A stretch of 64,000 bases of DNA from Deinococcus sp. (lineage in GTDB: Bacteria; Deinococcota; Deinococci; Deinococcales; Deinococcaceae): NCBI GenBank assembly GCA_965261005.1, contig OZ253375.1, positions 96,001 to 160,000 on the forward strand, read 5' to 3'. The position numbers and the translations under genes are program-made. Positions 48,274-60,047 of this stretch are shown here, piece by piece. Numbering within the stretch: the stretch's first letter is position 1; each line of letters starts with the position of its first letter. The notes under the pieces are model-generated. The model had not been told where the DNA came from, did not search any database, and saw only the letters and a program-made list of their open reading frames with translations.

Positions 48274-49047
48274 TCAACGCCGGCCCTCGATCTCCTCGGC
48301 CGCGCGCTCCAACTCGATCAAAAATGCCAGGGCGCTCGACGGCCGCCGCGCCGGGTCGCGCTCCAAAGCTGAGTCCAGCAGCGGGCGCAGCGGCCCCGGC
48401 GCCGTGGGGACGCGCTCGTCGCTGGCGCCGCTCAGCCAGCCGAAGGGGTCGGGATACGGGGGCGCACCGGCCAGCGCCTCGAACAGGATGGCGGCGGCGC
48501 TGTAGAGGTCGCTGCGCGGCTCGTTGCGCACCCCCTGGTACTGCTCGGGCGGCATGTAGTGCGGCGTGCCGAAGCGGTCGCCGCGGCTGGTGATGCGCGG
48601 CAAGGCGCGGTCGTGCGACAGGCCGAAGTCGGTCACGCGCACCCGGCCCCCCTCCAGTAGCACGTTTTCGGGCTTGAGGTCGAGGTGAATGACGCCGCGC
48701 GCGTGGGCGTGACCGAGGGCGCCCAGCAGGCCGCGCGTCAAGTCGAGGGCCTCGCGCGTTTCCAGCACGCCGGCGTCCAGCTTGGCGCGCAAGTCGCCGC
48801 CCTCGATAAAGCGGTAGATCAGTTGGCTGCGGGTGTGCGCGAGGAGGGGCACGATGTTGGGATGGTTCAGGCGCGAGGCGATTTCGCCTTCCCGGTGAAA
48901 GCGGGCCAGCAGTTCGGGCGTGTCCTCCGTCAAGGTCTTGACCAGCACGGCCTGGCCGCGCCACTCGGCGCGCTCAAGCCGCACGCCGGAGCGCTCATGC
49001 AGCGTGCCGAGCGTGCGCGCCCGCTCCGGGCCGGGACGTGTGATCAC
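48274..49047 (-). CDS. Stand-alone Ser/Thr (Hanks-type) protein kinase
   Basis: VLVK, HPNIV, HLDLKPEN, DFG, GTPHYMPPEQ, SDLYS. TAAGAT -10 box 6 nt before GTG. Confidence 0.92.
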   Translation of the reverse strand: MITRPGPERARTLGTLHERSGVRLERAEWRGQAVLVKTLTEDTPELLARFHREGEIASRLNHPNIVPLLAHTRSQLIYRFIEGGDLRAKLDAGVLETREALDLTRGLLGALGHAHARGVIHLDLKPENVLLEGGRVRVTDFGLSHDRALPRITSRGDRFGTPHYMPPEQYQGVRNEPRSDLYSAAAILFEALAGAPPYPDPFGWLSGASDERVPTAPGPLRPLLDSALERDPARRPSSALAFLIELERAAEEIEGRR

Positions 49048-49137
49048 CTCGCCATCTTAAGGCCCACGACCCTTGAAAACACAGAACCACTTAAGAACCA
49101 ACACCCTGCGGTGAAGGTGGGCGCGCTAGCTTGGGGC

Positions 49138-50142
49138 ATGCCCCAAGCCACGCTGCCCCTGGCCCTGACCGAACGGCCCCGCCGCCTGCGCCGCACGCCC
49201 GCCTTGCGCGCCCTCACGCGCGAAACCACGTTGCTGCCGTCCCAGCTGATCCTGCCCGTGTTCGTCCACGCGGGCGAGGGCCGCGAGCCGGTCGCCAGCA
49301 TGCCGGGGGTCTCGCGCCTGTCCCTGGAGGACTTGCTGGGCGAGGGTGAGCGCGCCCTCAGTTTGGGCGTGCGGGCCGTGGCCCTGTTTCCGCGGGTGCC
49401 GGATCACCTCAAGAACGCGCGCGGCGCCGAGAGCCTCAATCCAGACGGCCTGTTGCAGCGCGCCGTGCGCGCCCTCAAGCGCGAATTGCCCGACTTGGCG
49501 GTGATCACCGACGTGGCCCTCGACCCCTACTCCAGCGATGGGCACGACGGCCTGCTGGCGGGGAGCGGCGAGATTCTCAACGACGAGACCTTGGAATTGC
49601 TGGCCCGCATGGCCGTGTCACAGGCCGACGCGGGCGCCGACGTGGTGGCGCCGTCAGACATGATGGACGGCCGGGTCGGGGCCGTTCGCTCGGCCCTCGA
49701 CGCGGCCGGGCATCAACAGGTCGCCATCATGGCCTACTCCACCAAGTACGCCAGCGCCTATTACGGTCCCTTTCGCAGCGCCCTCGATTCCGCGCCCAAG
49801 CGCGGCGACAAGGCGACCTACCAAATGGACCCTCTGGGCGGCTACCGGGAAGTCACGCGCGAATCGCGCCTGGACGTGGCCGAGGGGGCCGACTTCTTGA
49901 TGGTCAAGCCGGCCCTGGCGTACCTAGACGTGCTGCGGGTGGTGCGCGACCGCTTCGACTTGCCGCTGGTCGCCTACAACGTCTCGGGCGAGTACGCCAT
50001 GGTCAAGGCGGCCAGCCTGGCCGGCTACCTCGACGAGCGCCGCACCGTGCTCGAAACGCTGGGCAGCATGCGGCGCGCCGGCGCGGACGCCATCCTGACC
50101 TACCACGCCCTCGACGCCGCCGGCTGGCTGAAGGAGGGCTAG
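49138..50142 (+). CDS. hemB: Porphobilinogen synthase (ALA dehydratase)
   Basis: RPRRLR, DVALDPYSSDGHDG, APSDMMDGRV, KYASAYYGPFR, MVKPA, AYNVSGEY. Confidence 0.97.
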   Translation: MPQATLPLALTERPRRLRRTPALRALTRETTLLPSQLILPVFVHAGEGREPVASMPGVSRLSLEDLLGEGERALSLGVRAVALFPRVPDHLKNARGAESLNPDGLLQRAVRALKRELPDLAVITDVALDPYSSDGHDGLLAGSGEILNDETLELLARMAVSQADAGADVVAPSDMMDGRVGAVRSALDAAGHQQVAIMAYSTKYASAYYGPFRSALDSAPKRGDKATYQMDPLGGYREVTRESRLDVAEGADFLMVKPALAYLDVLRVVRDRFDLPLVAYNVSGEYAMVKAASLAGYLDERRTVLETLGSMRRAGADAILTYHALDAAGWLKEG

Positions 50143-50543
50143 CTCCCCACGACCAAGCTGAAGTCGAAGACCTGCCGCCCGCCGAGTTCCCGCCGCGCCA
50201 TGCCCACCAGGCGCAGGAGGCCGAGGTCGTACCACACGTTCGGCGCGAGGCGCTCCCACACCTGCGCGGACGCTCCATCTTCCAGCGCGCCGAAGAGCAG
50301 CGCGCAGGCGGGCGTGAGCACCTGATCGCCGGTCACGCCGTCGCCCAGGTAGTGCAGCACGTCGCCGTCCCAAAAGTCCAGGTAGCCCGACAAGCCATAG
50401 TCGAGCAGCAAGCTGAGCTGTCCCCCCGGCAAGCAGCGAATGCCGCGCCGCCCGCCGTGCCTCGCGCTGACAAAGGTCCACGGGTAAGGGCCGCGCCGCA
50501 GCAAGTGGGGCGGCCCGGGCAAACGTTCAGCGCTCGGCGGCAC
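50139..50543 (-). CDS. Stand-alone SRA/YDG-like domain protein
   Basis: RGI...LSLLL....GY.D.WDGDVLHYLGDG..GDQ.L......L......QVWE...W.DLG...R.VF.F.L pattern. Confidence 0.6.
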   Translation of the reverse strand: MPPSAERLPGPPHLLRRGPYPWTFVSARHGGRRGIRCLPGGQLSLLLDYGLSGYLDFWDGDVLHYLGDGVTGDQVLTPACALLFGALEDGASAQVWERLAPNVWYDLGLLRLVGMARRELGGRQVFDFSLVVGS

Positions 50544-52218
50544 CTTGAAAGCCCACCAGCAGCCGCAGCCCTTGGCGCGCCACGATCACGCCGCCAATGG
50601 GCAAGGCGAACACCTGCAACTCGCCCACCGGCAAGGCGGGGGCGCCAGGCAGCACGGCCGTGACCTCACCGCGGTAATCGGCGCGCAGCGTGAGGGCGCG
50701 CCCGGCGATGGTCACGGTCACCGGCTCACCTTGGTAAGCGACGCTGACCGCCTCGTCCTCGCCCGTCACCTCGTGGGCCTCGTGGGGTGGCCGGGCCTCG
50801 GCGGCCACGCGCAGCGCGTCCAGGAAGCGCGCCGTTCGCGTCTCCGAACAGCCGAGCGCGCGCCCCACCTCGCGCAGGGCGCGCGTGAAGTCCGCTTCGG
50901 GGCGGCGGCGGCGCCACGCCAGCAGATTCTCGGCCCCCTTGCGCGCGAAGGAGAGCAGGCTGGCGTGGTCGGCGGCGGCGTACTTGGCCGCGCTGTCCGG
51001 GCCGAGGCCGGCCGCCTCGAAGCGGCCGTCGCGCAGGTACTGCGCCGCGCCGCGCGTGAGGCGCAAGTTCAGGTAACCGTCGGCGCCGTCGAGCAGCAGG
51101 GCGACGACCCGCCCGAGGCCCAGCAAGGCCGGCAGCGAGGCGCGCTCCCCCTGCTCAAGGTCGAGCAATAGGTAATCGCCCCATAGCAGGGCGCGCAATT
51201 CCACGTGCTCGAAGGGAACGCGCGCCACGCTGACCCCGCGCTCTTCGCGGGCGAGCGGGTAGCTGGCGCCGCCGGCGAGCAGCTGCCAGCCGTTGCCGGC
51301 CGGCTGCCAAGCGATTACCTGACCTTGCCAACACACCTCGCCCGCCCCGGCGAGGCGCAGCGCCAAGGTCGAACTGGCTTGGTCCGGTTCGGTGAGCCGC
51401 CGCCCCGGGTCGTGCGCGAACAGGGCGCCTTCCAGCGCGGGCAGCTCTTGGCCGCTGCCGCCAAGGCTCGGCGGCAACAAGCCGGCCACGGCCTCGAAGC
51501 CGCGCGCCAGGGCCTCGCGAATCTGGGTGCGCTCGCTGTTGCGCCCGCCGGCCGTGTCGCCGCCCACGGTATGGCCGACCTCGTTGGAGGAGCGGCGCCG
51601 CGCGGGAAACGGGTTGTCGGTCAGCTCCAGCAGCGTGGAGCGCGCCCACTCGACCGGGGTGCTGGTATCCGAGCGCCGCCCGAGCAGCTGGTCCACCAGG
51701 GCGCCGAGCACGCCCAGCGCGACGGGGGGATGGTCCAGCGACACCAGCGGGTCGTGTTCGTCCGGCACGTCGTGTTGCAGCTTGCCGGCCTCCAGGTTCA
51801 GGCTCAGCGCGTACAGCACCCGCAAGGTGATCAGGCCGCTTTCGCGCCGCCAGCGCGCCGCCAACTTGGAAAGGGCGTCGTCGAGCCTGAGGCGCCACAA
51901 CTGTGCGCCCAACTGGGCGAGCGCCTCGCTCTCGGCGTCCGGTTGGAGCGCGCGAAGCGCGCTCCAGTCCTCCAGGGCGGCGCGGCCGTGACCGGGCTGC
52001 GCCGGCGCGGGCACGGGCACGGTCACGGTCACGGCGTACTCACGCCATTGCCGGTCGCTTTGCCGAAAGCGCCGCATCAAGGCGGAGTCCAGGGAACCGA
52101 ACAGCAGCGTGTCGCGCAGCGCCACCAGAGAGCGGCGCCCACCGCGCGGCTCGCGCCCGGCGAGCACGTCGGCGACCTTGTATTCATACAGTTCGAGCAA
52201 CTCGGCCCAAGGCTCCAC
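50527..52218 (-). CDS. Large hypothetical protein (~563 aa)
   Basis: C-terminal half of the 1260-aa track ORF. TATACT 6 nt before GTG 52218 (MEPWAELLELYEYK...). Host-like codon usage. Confidence 0.8.
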   Translation of the reverse strand: MEPWAELLELYEYKVADVLAGREPRGGRRSLVALRDTLLFGSLDSALMRRFRQSDRQWREYAVTVTVPVPAPAQPGHGRAALEDWSALRALQPDAESEALAQLGAQLWRLRLDDALSKLAARWRRESGLITLRVLYALSLNLEAGKLQHDVPDEHDPLVSLDHPPVALGVLGALVDQLLGRRSDTSTPVEWARSTLLELTDNPFPARRRSSNEVGHTVGGDTAGGRNSERTQIREALARGFEAVAGLLPPSLGGSGQELPALEGALFAHDPGRRLTEPDQASSTLALRLAGAGEVCWQGQVIAWQPAGNGWQLLAGGASYPLAREERGVSVARVPFEHVELRALLWGDYLLLDLEQGERASLPALLGLGRVVALLLDGADGYLNLRLTRGAAQYLRDGRFEAAGLGPDSAAKYAAADHASLLSFARKGAENLLAWRRRRPEADFTRALREVGRALGCSETRTARFLDALRVAAEARPPHEAHEVTGEDEAVSVAYQGEPVTVTIAGRALTLRADYRGEVTAVLPGAPALPVGELQVFALPIGGVIVARQGLRLLVGFQGAAER

Positions 52219-52347
52219 AACCTCAGTATACCCGGGCTTTCTGTACACGGGCTTTTTCATGGCGTGAAAAGAGGGTGATGTTAAAATAAACGCCTGCTTT
52301 AAGGATCCCAGCTTGTTGAAGGAGTCCCGATTGAACCACGCGACCGT

Positions 52348-54423
52348 ATGCCGACCGGCTGTGCGCCCCCCGGCGCAGGACCGCCCTTGAGCTGGCCGCT
52401 GCTGCTCTTGCTGTTCGCCGTCAGCTGCCTGTTGTGGCTGCGCTTGCCCGAGCGCGCCCTGGGCGTGTTGACGGCCCTGGTGGTGCTGGCGCTCGCCGCC
52501 GGCCTCGCGGCGCTGGGAGGGGCGCTGCGCGCGCAGGGGGCGCTGGTCGTCTCGGCGCTGCTGCTGGGCGGCGGCGTGGTCGGGGCAGAATGGGCGGCCC
52601 CCCGCGGCCGACCCAAGCGCGCGCGGGGAAGCAAGCCGGCCGCCCGCGTCAAAAGCGGCCCGGCGTCCAGTGGCCCGGTGACCAGTGGCCCGGTGACGGG
52701 CGAGCTGCGCCTGAGCGACTACGAGGTGATGGGGCGCATCGGGGTGGGCGGCATGGGCAACGTGTACCGCGCCCGGCGCATCTCGGACGCGCGCATATTG
52801 GCCCTCAAGGTGCCGCAGGAACAGTACCTGGCCGACGCCAAGTTCGTGAAGCGCTTTTACCGCGAGGCAGAGGTGCTCAAGCGCCTCGCGCACCCCAACA
52901 TCGTGAAGGTCTACGACTACAAGGCGGAGCCGGGCGAGCACTACATCGCCATGGAATACCTCGACGGCGAGACGCTGGAGCAGGTGCTCGAAACCCGCCC
53001 GCTTTCCTACGGCGAGAGCGTGCAGATCGTGCGCGCCCTGGCGGACGCGCTGCGGCACATTCACGCGCAGAACATCGTTCACCGCGATCTCAAGCCTGCC
53101 AACGTGATGGTGCTGCGCGGCGCCTTTAAAAACGGCCAGCTGCGCGAGGGCGGCGTCAAGCTGATGGACTTTGGCATCGCGGTGGGCAAGGTGCTGACCC
53201 GCCTGACCATGACCGGCGCCCGGGTGGGCACCCCCATCTACATGGCGCCCGAGCAGGCCAAGGGTCACAAGGTGGATGCCCGCAGCGACGTCTACAGCTT
53301 GGGCCTCTTGCTGTACGAGATGGTCACCGGCGAGAGCGCCTTTAAGGGCAGCTACGAGGCGGTGGTTCACCAACAGGTCTTCGAGATGCCCCGGCCGCCC
53401 AAGCAGATTCGCATGGACGTCCCCAGCAAGCTGAACGCCTTGGTGCTGCACATGATTGAAAAGGACCCGGTGCAGCGGCCGACCTTGGAGAGCGTGCTTG
53501 AGGCCATCGAGCGCGGCATTTTGGAGGACGATCGTTTCGACGACCCCCTGGCGCTCGCCCTGAGCGTGGGCGAGCGCCAGGGCGCTTTGCGGCTGCTCGA
53601 CACGGTGGGACGGCTGCGCCAAAGTCTGCGCGACCTCAGCGGCGAGCACGCCTTGCCCGCCGCGCCCAACGCCCTCGCGGCGGGCGCGGACGCGCACCTG
53701 TTCGCGGCGGTGGTCGCTTACCGCGCCGGCGCCGACGTGCCGCACATGTTGCACAAGTTGGCCAAGGACGGCCGCGAACTGCTCGCCTTCGGCCGCTACG
53801 GCCTGGGCGAGGGTGAGCTGCTTCAACCCATCAGCTTGGCGGCCTCGGCGGAGCGGCTGTTCGTGCTGGACGCCGAGACCTGCTTTGTCTCGATGTACAC
53901 CCTCTCGGGCGAGTACCTGGGCCGCTTCGGCGGGCGGGGGGCGGGACGCGGCAGCTTCGAGCGTCCGCTGTCGCTGGCGGTCAATCCCGGCGGCGACGTG
54001 TACGTGCTCGACGCGGGCAACCGCCAAATCCAGCGCTTTTCCCCGGAGGGCCGCTACCTGTCGCGCCTCGCCTTTAAGTTGGAGCGCCAAAGCGACACGC
54101 TGCGTCCGCTCAACGGCCTCGCGGTGGACCACCGCGGCGCCGTGTACGTGGCCGACGCGCAGGCCGAAAAGATCCGCCGCTTGGAGGCCGACGGCAAGCC
54201 CGGCGCCTCCTTTGCGCTCGAACCCCTGCAAGGTGAGCCGGAAGAAGCGCTGTGGCTGATCACGGTCGAGGAAAACGGCACGCTGTACTGCGCGCGCCAA
54301 GGCGGCCAAACCCTGCGCAAGTTCTCCGCCGACGGCAAGCTGCTCGCCACCGTGGACACCTACAGCCCGGTGCTGGCGCTCACCCTGTGGCGGCGCGGCG
54401 AAGCGCTCGCGGCGGCCGACTGA
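52348..54423 (+). CDS. Membrane-anchored Ser/Thr kinase with C-terminal NHL/beta-propeller repeats
   Basis: N-terminal TM segments; IGVGGMG, ALK, HRDLKPAN, DFG, GTPIYMAPEQ; NHL-like F.RP.SLAV...GDVYVLDAGNRQIQRF repeats. Start uncertain. Confidence 0.92.
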   Translation: MPTGCAPPGAGPPLSWPLLLLLFAVSCLLWLRLPERALGVLTALVVLALAAGLAALGGALRAQGALVVSALLLGGGVVGAEWAAPRGRPKRARGSKPAARVKSGPASSGPVTSGPVTGELRLSDYEVMGRIGVGGMGNVYRARRISDARILALKVPQEQYLADAKFVKRFYREAEVLKRLAHPNIVKVYDYKAEPGEHYIAMEYLDGETLEQVLETRPLSYGESVQIVRALADALRHIHAQNIVHRDLKPANVMVLRGAFKNGQLREGGVKLMDFGIAVGKVLTRLTMTGARVGTPIYMAPEQAKGHKVDARSDVYSLGLLLYEMVTGESAFKGSYEAVVHQQVFEMPRPPKQIRMDVPSKLNALVLHMIEKDPVQRPTLESVLEAIERGILEDDRFDDPLALALSVGERQGALRLLDTVGRLRQSLRDLSGEHALPAAPNALAAGADAHLFAAVVAYRAGADVPHMLHKLAKDGRELLAFGRYGLGEGELLQPISLAASAERLFVLDAETCFVSMYTLSGEYLGRFGGRGAGRGSFERPLSLAVNPGGDVYVLDAGNRQIQRFSPEGRYLSRLAFKLERQSDTLRPLNGLAVDHRGAVYVADAQAEKIRRLEADGKPGASFALEPLQGEPEEALWLITVEENGTLYCARQGGQTLRKFSADGKLLATVDTYSPVLALTLWRRGEALAAAD

Positions 54424-54448
54424 TACCCCGGTTGATGCCCAGCGGGCG

Positions 54449-54889
54449 CTAGCTCAGCCGGGCCTCGACATACTCCCGCTCGCCGCTGACAATACGTAGG
54501 GCGGCCCCGACGTTTTTGGGAAACTCCTTGCCACGGTTGATCAGACGGATGTCGTAGCGGCCCACCTCAAAGCGCTCGACCAGATAGTCCACGGCCTTTT
54601 GCGCGTCGAACGCCTTACAGGAAAAGATGTCCGCGCTCAAAACGCCGCGCCTCGGAAAGGCGTGAATGGCGACGTGCGACTCGGCCAACAGGACCACGCC
54701 GCTGATGCCGCCGTCCTCCTCGCGCACCCCCGTGAAGTGCCGCAAATCGGGGGGAAGCAGCTTGGTCAGCTCGATTTCGCCGGGCAATTCGTCGAGAACG
54801 TGGCGAACGAGGTCGGGGTCTTCCAAGCGCTGTGCGCTGGCGTGGGAGCCGTCAATCATCAGGTGTGGGCCAAAACCGAACAGTTCCAC
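54449..54889 (-). CDS. speD: Pyruvoyl-dependent S-adenosylmethionine decarboxylase family proenzyme
   Basis: GPHLMIDG, GISGVVLLAESHVAIH (E|SH cleavage site), DIFSC. RBS GGAGG before GTG 54889. Confidence 0.85.
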   Translation of the reverse strand: MELFGFGPHLMIDGSHASAQRLEDPDLVRHVLDELPGEIELTKLLPPDLRHFTGVREEDGGISGVVLLAESHVAIHAFPRRGVLSADIFSCKAFDAQKAVDYLVERFEVGRYDIRLINRGKEFPKNVGAALRIVSGEREYVEARLS

Positions 54890-54935
54890 CGCGTCCTCCG
54901 CAAGCAGCCCGCCGCTTGAACCGGCGTGAAACGCC

Positions 54936-54964
54936 ATCGTAGCGCGGGCCGTCCCCAAAGTCAA
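54936..54964 (-). promoter_or_regulatory. Sigma70-type promoter for speD
   Basis: TTGACT-N17-TACGAT on the minus strand. Confidence 0.75.
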
Positions 54965-55113
54965 AATTTTTGATGGCCTACAGGTAAAAAATCGATCTTG
55001 GTGTGACCCGGAACAAGCGGCGGTCATCTGTACCGTCAGACGCGTTTTTTTGCGGACGCGGTGATAATGTAAAGGGCGGAAAAAGCCGCGCCAGCGGCAC
55101 AAAGGAGGGACAA

Positions 55114-55479
55114 ATGTACCGAGGCAGAGAGGGGCAGTGGGCCTTTTACCTCCACCGCCTGTCGGGGCTGGCCATTCTGGCCTATCTTCTGGTTCACGTC
55201 ATCAGCATCTCGCTCTTCATGTTCGGCGAAAACGCTTACTCGGTGCTGCACGCCCTCTACGAAAACCCGGTCTTCTCGTTCGGCCTAATTTTGGTGACGG
55301 GCGGCGTGCTGTACCACTCCCTGAACGGCTTGCGCATCGTGATGATGGACCTGACCGGGCGCGGCGTGGCGATTCAGCGCCAGCTGTGGTACGGCGTGCT
55401 GGTTTTGTCGGTGCTGGGCACCGGCTACGCCGCCTGGGTCGTGATCGCGCGCATTCTGCTGCTGGGGCGGCCCTCGTGA
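55114..55479 (+). CDS. sdhC: Succinate dehydrogenase cytochrome b556 subunit
   Basis: LHRLSG, YHSLNGLRI..MD. RBS AAGGAGG. Confidence 0.93.
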   Translation: MYRGREGQWAFYLHRLSGLAILAYLLVHVISISLFMFGENAYSVLHALYENPVFSFGLILVTGGVLYHSLNGLRIVMMDLTGRGVAIQRQLWYGVLVLSVLGTGYAAWVVIARILLLGRPS

Positions 55480-55874
55480 TTCGCGCCCGCGCCCTCGGCG
55501 ACGCGAAAAGCCAGGCCCACACCAACGCCGAGCTGAACTGGTGGATTTTCATGCGGGTCAGCGGCGTGGTGCTGGTCTTTTTGGTGCTGGGCCACATCTA
55601 CATGACTTTCTTGCAGGTTTCCGAGGCGGACGCCACCTTCGACGCGGTGGTGTACAAGCTGTCGCAGCCCGCTTGGAAGCTGTACGACTGGTCGCTCCTG
55701 AGCCTCGCGCTGCTGCACGGCGTCAACGGCGCGCGCTACTCCATCGAGGATTACACCCGCAGCCGGCCCAACCGCTTCTGGATCAAGACCATCTTTTACA
55801 CCGTGGTGGCGGCCATCTTCGTGCTGGGTTCGATTGGGCTGTTCAGCCTGTCGCCCTCGTTTTCGGGAAGCTGA
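55476..55874 (+). CDS. sdhD: Succinate dehydrogenase hydrophobic anchor subunit
   Basis: WIFMRVSG, HI, LHGVNG....EDY. Confidence 0.92.
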   Translation: MIRARALGDAKSQAHTNAELNWWIFMRVSGVVLVFLVLGHIYMTFLQVSEADATFDAVVYKLSQPAWKLYDWSLLSLALLHGVNGARYSIEDYTRSRPNRFWIKTIFYTVVAAIFVLGSIGLFSLSPSFSGS

Positions 55875-55882
55875 GGAGGCAA

Positions 55883-57634
<1,752 letters not shown>

Positions 57635-57650
57635 GAACCTGGAGTCCCAC

Positions 57651-58358
<708 letters not shown>

Positions 58359-58387
58359 GGACACGCAGACGAATCAAGACGAGCGAG

Positions 58388-58421
58388 GGGCCGCCGGAGA
58401 TTTATTTCCGGCGGCCCTTTT
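58388..58421 (+). terminator. Rho-independent terminator of sdhCDAB
   Basis: GGGCCGCCGGA-N8-TCCGGCGGCCC followed by TTTT. Confidence 0.85.
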
Positions 58422-58434
58422 GAAAGTCTTTATT

Positions 58435-58923
58435 TTAGAATTGAAAGGCGTACCTCGCGCCGGTCCCATCGTTGCACTCGCCGTTGCCGTTGTTGACGTT
58501 GTCCACCACAAAGGAACACGAGAGGGTCGCGCCGGCCGCCGTCTTGGCGATGATGTTGCCTTGGCGGGTCGAGTCGTCCACTTGGTAGTTCTGGGGATAG
58601 CCGAGGCCGCCGAAGATGCCCAGACCGGAGCCATAACCGAAGCCGTAACCGCCGTAGCCGCCGAAACTCGCGCCCACGCCGATGCTGGAGCGCACGTTCG
58701 AGCGCCCGCTCAGGACGTTGTACTGGCCGTTGTAGATCCGGCTGCCGAACTCGATCACAACGCCGCCGCGCGCGTTGCCGGTGCCCAGGCTGCCCAGCGT
58801 GATACGCCCTTCCTGGCCGGTGTTGACGTTGACAATACGCCCCACGCGCGACTGGTTGTAGGCAGGCGCGCAGGCGCCGAGCAGCGCGGCCCCTCCGGCG
58901 GCGAATAGCAGATAACGTTTCAT
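58435..58923 (-). CDS. Gly-rich lipoprotein of unknown function
   Basis: Lipobox LGAC; GY/GF-rich segment; C-terminal Cys pair. RBS GGGAGG. Confidence 0.8.
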   Translation of the reverse strand: MKRYLLFAAGGAALLGACAPAYNQSRVGRIVNVNTGQEGRITLGSLGTGNARGGVVIEFGSRIYNGQYNVLSGRSNVRSSIGVGASFGGYGGYGFGYGSGLGIFGGLGYPQNYQVDDSTRQGNIIAKTAAGATLSCSFVVDNVNNGNGECNDGTGARYAFQF

Positions 58924-58995
58924 GCAGACCTCCCTTTCGTCTTGGTTCTCAGCGTAGGGGCGTCCCCATGAAAACGGCTGAACGGCGCCTGAACC

Positions 58996-59325
58996 TCATC
59001 CCTGTGTTTGTGGCCTGGCCTGCGAAGACGCCACGACCTCGTGGATTTCCAAGGCGTTTTGACCGCTGAAGGCGTCCCTTGGCAAGCTGCCCGAGCGGGC
59101 GTGGCCCTGCTTAAAGGCGTCCGACTGGGTCCAGGCCTCGAAGGCCTCGCGGCTTTCCCACAAGGTCAGCACCACGTAGGGTTCGCCCGGCTGGGTCGGG
59201 CGCAGCACGTAGTTGCTCAGGAAGCCGGGCATGTGGTCCACCAAGCCCGCCCGGTCGCGAAAGCGCTGCTCGAACTGCTCGGCGTATTGGGGGTTGACGT
59301 GCATACGGTTGGCGACGGTGATCAC
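58996..59325 (-). CDS. ABM-family monooxygenase (IsdG/HmoA-like, possible heme degradation)
   Basis: MITVANR...FE.RF......PGF...WESREAF.AW..S.AF...H. TAGGCT -10 box 6 nt before GTG. Confidence 0.85.
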   Translation of the reverse strand: MITVANRMHVNPQYAEQFEQRFRDRAGLVDHMPGFLSNYVLRPTQPGEPYVVLTLWESREAFEAWTQSDAFKQGHARSGSLPRDAFSGQNALEIHEVVASSQARPQTQG

Positions 59326-59390
59326 ACCAAGAGCCTAAAACCTGCCGAGGCGGCGCGGCTGTGACGCGGTTTGGCTGAAGCTTGCGACAG

Positions 59391-60014
59391 CTACAAGCCC
59401 AGCAGCCCCAGCGCGGCGGTGTCCCGCAGCTCGTTCAGAAACGGCGCGATCAGCTCGCTGTTGTGCGGGTTCGGCGGCGGCACGATTTCGCTCCAGTCGG
59501 GCAGACGGCCGCTTTGTAGATTTCGCGCGGCGGCGCGCAGATCGAATGCCGGCACGCCCAGGGCGCGGTTCACCTGCGCGCGCACGTCGGCGTACTCGCC
59601 CTCGCTGAGGCCCTCGCGCAGCAAAGCTCGCTGCTGCGCCCCTTTCGCCCGGCTGAGAAAGCCGCCCGCTTCCCGCAGGACGCCCAAAACCTTAAGCGTG
59701 CCGGGCGGGTCGCCGTTCGCAACTCCCTGATAGACGTTCTGCAACCGCTCGAAGTCCTGCCCGACCGCGTCCCGCACGTCGCGCCGCACCCGCACGAATT
59801 GGCGGACCTGCGCGGCGCCCAGGCGCACGTCGGCGCGCGGGGCGGACGGCAGCTGTTGGCCCTGTCCGCCGGAGGTCAGCGGCGCGCTCAGGGAGCGGAA
59901 GCCGCCTAGCACGTTTTGCACCGGCCGGTACACAAAAAAGTAGCCGCCCAGGCCCAGCGTCAGCAGCACGGCCACGAAGCCGCCCAAACACCCGTACAGC
60001 GCCTCTCGTCCCAC
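59391..60014 (-). CDS. Hypothetical membrane-anchored protein
   Basis: N-terminal GCLGG...GGYFFVYRP TM anchor; 207 aa. Confidence 0.75.
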   Translation of the reverse strand: MGREALYGCLGGFVAVLLTLGLGGYFFVYRPVQNVLGGFRSLSAPLTSGGQGQQLPSAPRADVRLGAAQVRQFVRVRRDVRDAVGQDFERLQNVYQGVANGDPPGTLKVLGVLREAGGFLSRAKGAQQRALLREGLSEGEYADVRAQVNRALGVPAFDLRAAARNLQSGRLPDWSEIVPPPNPHNSELIAPFLNELRDTAALGLLGL

Positions 60015-60047
60015 CCCCTCATTCTGCCCGGAGGCGGTGAGAAGGAA

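Noticed and set aside
50527..54309. 1260-aa minus-strand ORF
   Set aside because: The first ~700 aa are the antisense shadow of the kinase gene. Only 52218-50527 has a plausible start (TATACT-N6-GTG) and protein-like composition.
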